Below, piece by piece: positions 60,036 to 64,000 of a stretch of DNA of 64,000 bases (the first letter of the stretch is position 1; every line of letters starts with the position of its first letter). Under the pieces are notes generated by a model, which ran no database searches, was not told the DNA's origin, and worked only from the letters and a program-made list of their open reading frames with translations. The translations under genes were made by a program, and so were the position numbers. Source of the stretch: Spirochaetia bacterium (GTDB lineage Bacteria; Spirochaetota; Spirochaetia; DSM-2461); the NCBI GenBank assembly GCA_963668315.1, contig OY764216.1:5056001-5120000 (forward strand). Direction: 5' to 3'.

Positions 60036-60155
60036 GAATTCCTCCTGTTGCCTTATCCGTAGGCCGTATTCGGCTGACTATAATTGTAGATGCATAAGAG
60101 AGTTTCTTCAACAACTCTTTCATCTTTTTCCAAAAAAAGAGCACCCTTAGCGCAC

Positions 60156-61460
60156 TCAGAACTTTCTTATCACATCCAGAGGCCTTATCCGGCCCGCCCG
60201 GGCGGCGGGAACGGCCGATGTCACCCATGAGAGCAGGGCCGCCGCAATCCCGACGGTCAGAATTCGCTCCCATTGAAGATCTACGGGGATTTCCTGAAGA
60301 TAATATCCGGCATTCAGAAGGGAGAATTCCTCTCCCCCTCCGCCAGAGAAGGGGGCCAGGATTTTCTGAACCAGCCGCCCCGCGCCGTTAATCAGCGCGA
60401 CAAGTTCATTCACATACCGGGAAATCAGTACGCCGGCCCCGCAGCCGAGGAACGCGCCGCCTATCCCCACGAAAAGGCCGGTTAAGCGGTAGATTCTCTG
60501 AATTCCCGAGGGGGAAGCCCCCAGACACTTGAGTATGCCGATGGACTGACGGTTTTCCACGATGAGCATGATGAGTGAAGATGATACATTGATGACAGCC
60601 ACCAGAACAAGCATGGCCATGATGACCACCAGCATGGATCGGGTCGTATTGTAGCTGTTCAGCTCAGACCGGTTCAGAGCCTCCCAGGTATAGGCTCTCC
60701 AGTTCGGGCCGGGAGACACCGTTCCTATGCGGTTGATCAGCTCTCTCAGATCACCGTGGGGATCATAGGTTTTTATGCCTAAAAGGGTGCGGGACGTTTC
60801 TTCGGAAAGGAGCCGCTCTCCCTGCTCATAGGGAATGAAAACCCATAGCCGGTCCAGGTCCTGATAACCGCTGGAAATGATGCCCGTAACCGTCAGAGGG
60901 GTTATCCGGGGGATATACCGTCCTCCGGGAAAAACCTTGCCGGTGAGAAGCTTGACGGAATCGCCCGGATGGACGCCCAGTTTCGAGGCGATGGCCTCTC
61001 CCAGGACGACGGAGCGGTCGCCGCTTAAATCAAAAGCTCCCTCCCGGACCTGTATATAACGCTGAAACTCTTCGTCCTTCTCCCATATATCCCGTTCCAC
61101 AGCCCGGACGGCGATACCTGTGCTGCCCTCATCGGAGTAGGCCATACCGGCTCCGGTTTTCTCCAGGAAGGCATATTTCACCTCGTCCAGGGTAAGCACG
61201 GCCTCCTTCTCTTCCCGGAACTCATCCTCGCTCTTATCGGTGTAGCTGAAGATCTGCAGGTGGTAGCTCTCGGTTTCCAGAAAACGGCTTACGATGCCCT
61301 CGATCATCCCTTCGGACACATTGATGACGACGATCAGGGGAATCAGGCTCAATGCCACCCCCGTCACGGCTCCCAGTATGGGCCGCGAGTGGTACTGTCC
61401 CTTCCTCCTGTTGCGGCGGAAGGAGCGGAAGGCGATAAAGGAGGCCGTATCCAGCTTCAT
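60156..61460 (-). CDS. LolC/E-family ABC permease
   Basis: TM, periplasmic domain and three TM segments; IGILKCLGA; ARAGRIRP. Confidence 0.88.
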   Translation of the reverse strand: MKLDTASFIAFRSFRRNRRKGQYHSRPILGAVTGVALSLIPLIVVINVSEGMIEGIVSRFLETESYHLQIFSYTDKSEDEFREEKEAVLTLDEVKYAFLEKTGAGMAYSDEGSTGIAVRAVERDIWEKDEEFQRYIQVREGAFDLSGDRSVVLGEAIASKLGVHPGDSVKLLTGKVFPGGRYIPRITPLTVTGIISSGYQDLDRLWVFIPYEQGERLLSEETSRTLLGIKTYDPHGDLRELINRIGTVSPGPNWRAYTWEALNRSELNSYNTTRSMLVVIMAMLVLVAVINVSSSLIMLIVENRQSIGILKCLGASPSGIQRIYRLTGLFVGIGGAFLGCGAGVLISRYVNELVALINGAGRLVQKILAPFSGGGGEEFSLLNAGYYLQEIPVDLQWERILTVGIAAALLSWVTSAVPAARAGRIRPLDVIRKF

Positions 61461-62149
61461 AATTCGACCACTCCCCCCTGGGTCAGATGCAGACGCCGCC
61501 TTCCCTTGGCGGCCAGGGCCGGATCGTGGGTCACGAGAAGCAGGGTTTTTTGAAAATCTTCGGTCAGCTGGAAGAGAATGTCCTCCACCACCCGGGAATT
61601 TTTCTCATCCAGATTGCCGGTGGGCTCGTCGGCCAGAATCAGCTGGGGATCATTCATCAGGGCCCGGGCCAGGGCCACTCTCTGCCGTTCACCCCCCGAT
61701 AGCTGGGAGGGGAAATGACCTTCCCTGTCGGATAGCCCCACGCGGGCGATAAGCCCGGATGCCCTTTCGGCGGCGGATGCCCTCTTCTCGCCCCCCATGA
61801 GGGCGGGCATCATGACGTTTTCCAGAGCATTGAAGTCCTTAAGGAGAAAATGGAACTGAAAGACAAATCCCAGGGATTCGTTTCGGTAGGAGGTCAGGTT
61901 CTTCTCCGTCATGCGTGAAACGGTATAACCGCAGGAGTAAACCACCCCTTCCGTAGGCTTGTCCAGTCCGCCGATCAGGTTTAGAAGGGTGCTTTTCCCG
62001 CAGCCGCTCTCCCCGGTGATAACCACCAGTTCCCCCTCCTCCACGCGAAGGGAGATATTTCTCAGGACTTCCAGCTCCCCCCTTCCGGAGGGATAGACCT
62101 TTCTAACCCCGCCCAGCTCAATCAGACTTTTTTTATCTTCATTACTCAA
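61457..62149 (-). CDS. lolD: LolD-like ABC ATPase
   Basis: [38 protein letters not shown]. Confidence 0.9.
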   Translation of the reverse strand: MSNEDKKSLIELGGVRKVYPSGRGELEVLRNISLRVEEGELVVITGESGCGKSTLLNLIGGLDKPTEGVVYSCGYTVSRMTEKNLTSYRNESLGFVFQFHFLLKDFNALENVMMPALMGGEKRASAAERASGLIARVGLSDREGHFPSQLSGGERQRVALARALMNDPQLILADEPTGNLDEKNSRVVEDILFQLTEDFQKTLLLVTHDPALAAKGRRRLHLTQGGVVEL

Positions 62150-63422
62150 TATTCAAAACCTCCGCCGGTTTTATTTCGGCCACGGGCGCCGAAGCGAGCC
62201 ATGCCCCTCCCAGGGAAAAGAGCACCGCCGCGCCGCCGATGATGAGAAGATCCCAGGGCATGATGAGAACGGGAACATCCACCAGATAGTAGTTCATGCT
62301 GGAGTAGATGGAGATGCCCGAGGATCTGAAAAGCCCCATGATGCCGTTCACCACTCTTTCCACCAGAGAAAAGATCTCATTAATATTCAGAGCCGCTCCC
62401 GTTCCGAGGATCAGTCCCGAGAGAACTCCCGCCAGACTTATGTACAATCCTTCCAGAAGGAAAATACCCTGAACCTGAGCGGGGGCGGCTCCCAGGGATT
62501 TCAACAGGGCGATCTCTTCCATCCGTTCCGAGACGGAGCGCTTGAGGGAATGGAAAATATTCACCGCCACTACAAGGAAAACAAGGGAGACCACAAGAAA
62601 CATCATCACCTTCTCCATCCTCAGGGCATCAAAGAAGGCGACATTGTACTCCTTCCAGGTAGAAACGGCGACATTTTCCCTGCCGGAGAACAGCCCATTC
62701 AGTCTGCCAAGATACCTGTCTTCCCGGTTTATGCGGTCCGTCTTGATCCCGTAAACACGGTAGGTCTCCCCCATGATCCCCTCGGCTGAATCCAGGGAGA
62801 TGAACCCCAGAGAGCGGTCGTACTCCAGATAGCCGGTACGCACCGTTCCGGTCACGGAGAAGACCTCTTCCTGCAGAGAAAGGCGTGAAAGCCCCTTTCC
62901 GGCCAGGGAAAGAAGAGTGACCTGATCGCCGGGGAAAACGCCCTGATCCAGAGCCAGCTCCACCCCGAGAACAATGGAGCGGGGAGAGGCAAGGTCAAAT
63001 TCTCCTGCCTCTATGGTCAGATGTTCCGCCAGCAGGGGATCCTTATCCCGGGCATCGGGCGGAAGGCCGCGGATAAGGGCCACCGACGGTTCACTGAATT
63101 CACCCCGGACAGTTGTCTGAAAATCGACAAAGGGGATGACGGTCCTGATTCCGGACATCCCGGAAACCCGGGAAAGATCTTCCCCGGACAGAGTCCCCCC
63201 CCCGTTGTCTATACGCAGATGATAGGATATGACCTCATTTATATTGTCGATATAATTGTGCTGAAACCCGTTCATTACGGAGAGGACGATGACCAGCGTC
63301 ATGACTCCCACGGTTATTCCCAGAATGGACAGAAGTGCGGCCACATGCCCCTTCTCTTTTCTTTTGGTAAACAGGTAACGGAGGGCTGTCTGAAATATCC
63401 AGTTATGGCGCTTTTTCTTCAC
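62142..63422 (-). CDS. LolC/E-family ABC permease
   Basis: GVMTLVIVLSVMNGF, ALRMEK, EIALLKSLGA. Confidence 0.9.
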   Translation of the reverse strand: MKKKRHNWIFQTALRYLFTKRKEKGHVAALLSILGITVGVMTLVIVLSVMNGFQHNYIDNINEVISYHLRIDNGGGTLSGEDLSRVSGMSGIRTVIPFVDFQTTVRGEFSEPSVALIRGLPPDARDKDPLLAEHLTIEAGEFDLASPRSIVLGVELALDQGVFPGDQVTLLSLAGKGLSRLSLQEEVFSVTGTVRTGYLEYDRSLGFISLDSAEGIMGETYRVYGIKTDRINREDRYLGRLNGLFSGRENVAVSTWKEYNVAFFDALRMEKVMMFLVVSLVFLVVAVNIFHSLKRSVSERMEEIALLKSLGAAPAQVQGIFLLEGLYISLAGVLSGLILGTGAALNINEIFSLVERVVNGIMGLFRSSGISIYSSMNYYLVDVPVLIMPWDLLIIGGAAVLFSLGGAWLASAPVAEIKPAEVLNIE

Positions 63423-64000
63423 TTAAAATCTCCGTTCCTCTGTAGCGGATGGTCAAGGTCAAACGGCCTTTACTATAGATTTCTTCGGTTCTTTCTTCAC
63501 CTTCGTAAAGGATTTTTCTGGTCATGAACCCGTTTTTATATATCCGTTCTTCCGAGATTTCGCCGTCCGGTCCGTACTCAAAGGTTCTCTCCGTCGATAC
63601 GCCTTTGCCACGGCTCTCCTCGCGGACAAGCCGGTTGGCCTCATCGTAAGAGCGCCTGCTCTCTTCGGCCAGAAGCCCTTTTTTGTAGGACAGGATTTCT
63701 GAGGGAAGGCCGGTGGGGGTGTAACGGGTGACAACTCTCACCCCTTCCGTGGATCTTATGAGCTCGGATGAGACAGGAAAACCTTCGTCTCCATAGGAAA
63801 AGAACTCCTCTTCCCACTTCTCATCACCGCGATACATGACCCTTTCCCGTATTTCCCCGTCTCGGCCCAACAGACGGATTTCCTGGCTGTCATCCCCTCT
63901 GGTCCACTCAGTCCGGGCCGACAGCCCGGTTAAAACAGACTTATCGCCCTCGGTTTTCTCCATCAGCCTGACAGACCCGTCCTCCCTGAGATGAAGGATT
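63403..64000 (-). CDS. Hypothetical protein with YD/MORN-like short repeats, 5' end beyond the window
   Basis: Frame is open to the window edge; repeats such as SYGDEG, RYTPTG, SYDEAN, EYGPDG. Confidence 0.65.
   Translation of the reverse strand, partial: ILHLREDGSVRLMEKTEGDKSVLTGLSARTEWTRGDDSQEIRLLGRDGEIRERVMYRGDEKWEEEFFSYGDEGFPVSSELIRSTEGVRVVTRYTPTGLPSEILSYKKGLLAEESRRSYDEANRLVREESRGKGVSTERTFEYGPDGEISEERIYKNGFMTRKILYEGEERTEEIYSKGRLTLTIRYRGTEILSEEKAP

Noticed and set aside
63403..64000. RHS/YD-repeat toxin
   Set aside because: Only a few short repeats, no RHS core or toxin tip, and the gene is coupled to lolC-like genes; it is also truncated by the window

Overview
This 64 kb window is from a spirochaete chromosome, most likely a free-living member of the Spirochaetaceae. 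The assignment rests on cfpA and its neighbours, the long-type PPi-PFK, and the recN-nadK-DegT-like-cheW-lol block. Most of the window is core genome: recR-ybaB-dnaX, three phosphofructokinases, aroA, thyX, trpS, two adenosine deaminases, cdd, recN, nadK and lolCDE-like genes. I see no rRNA, tRNA, CRISPR array or mobile element. The most interesting items are as follows. (1) In the cfpA locus, the cytoplasmic-filament gene is followed by a protein with a cryptic HPr-like domain and then by a PPDK homologue. That homologue has lost its ATP-grasp catalytic residues but keeps the phospho-His and PEP sites, which suggests an Enzyme I-like phosphorelay tied to the filament. (2) An accessory cluster holds a type II ABC importer, two binding proteins, a methyltransferase, a radical SAM::binding-protein fusion and an HTH::molybdate-binding regulator, preceded by ModE-like palindromes. 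(3) There is a YceH::PsuG fusion with an internal start. (4) dnaX has an A10 slippage site. (5) A 510-aa protein carries a split HPr domain. (6) Two small ORFs and a multiply frameshifted pseudogene are missed or only partly covered by the ORF track. All family calls come from reading motifs by eye; no searches were run.
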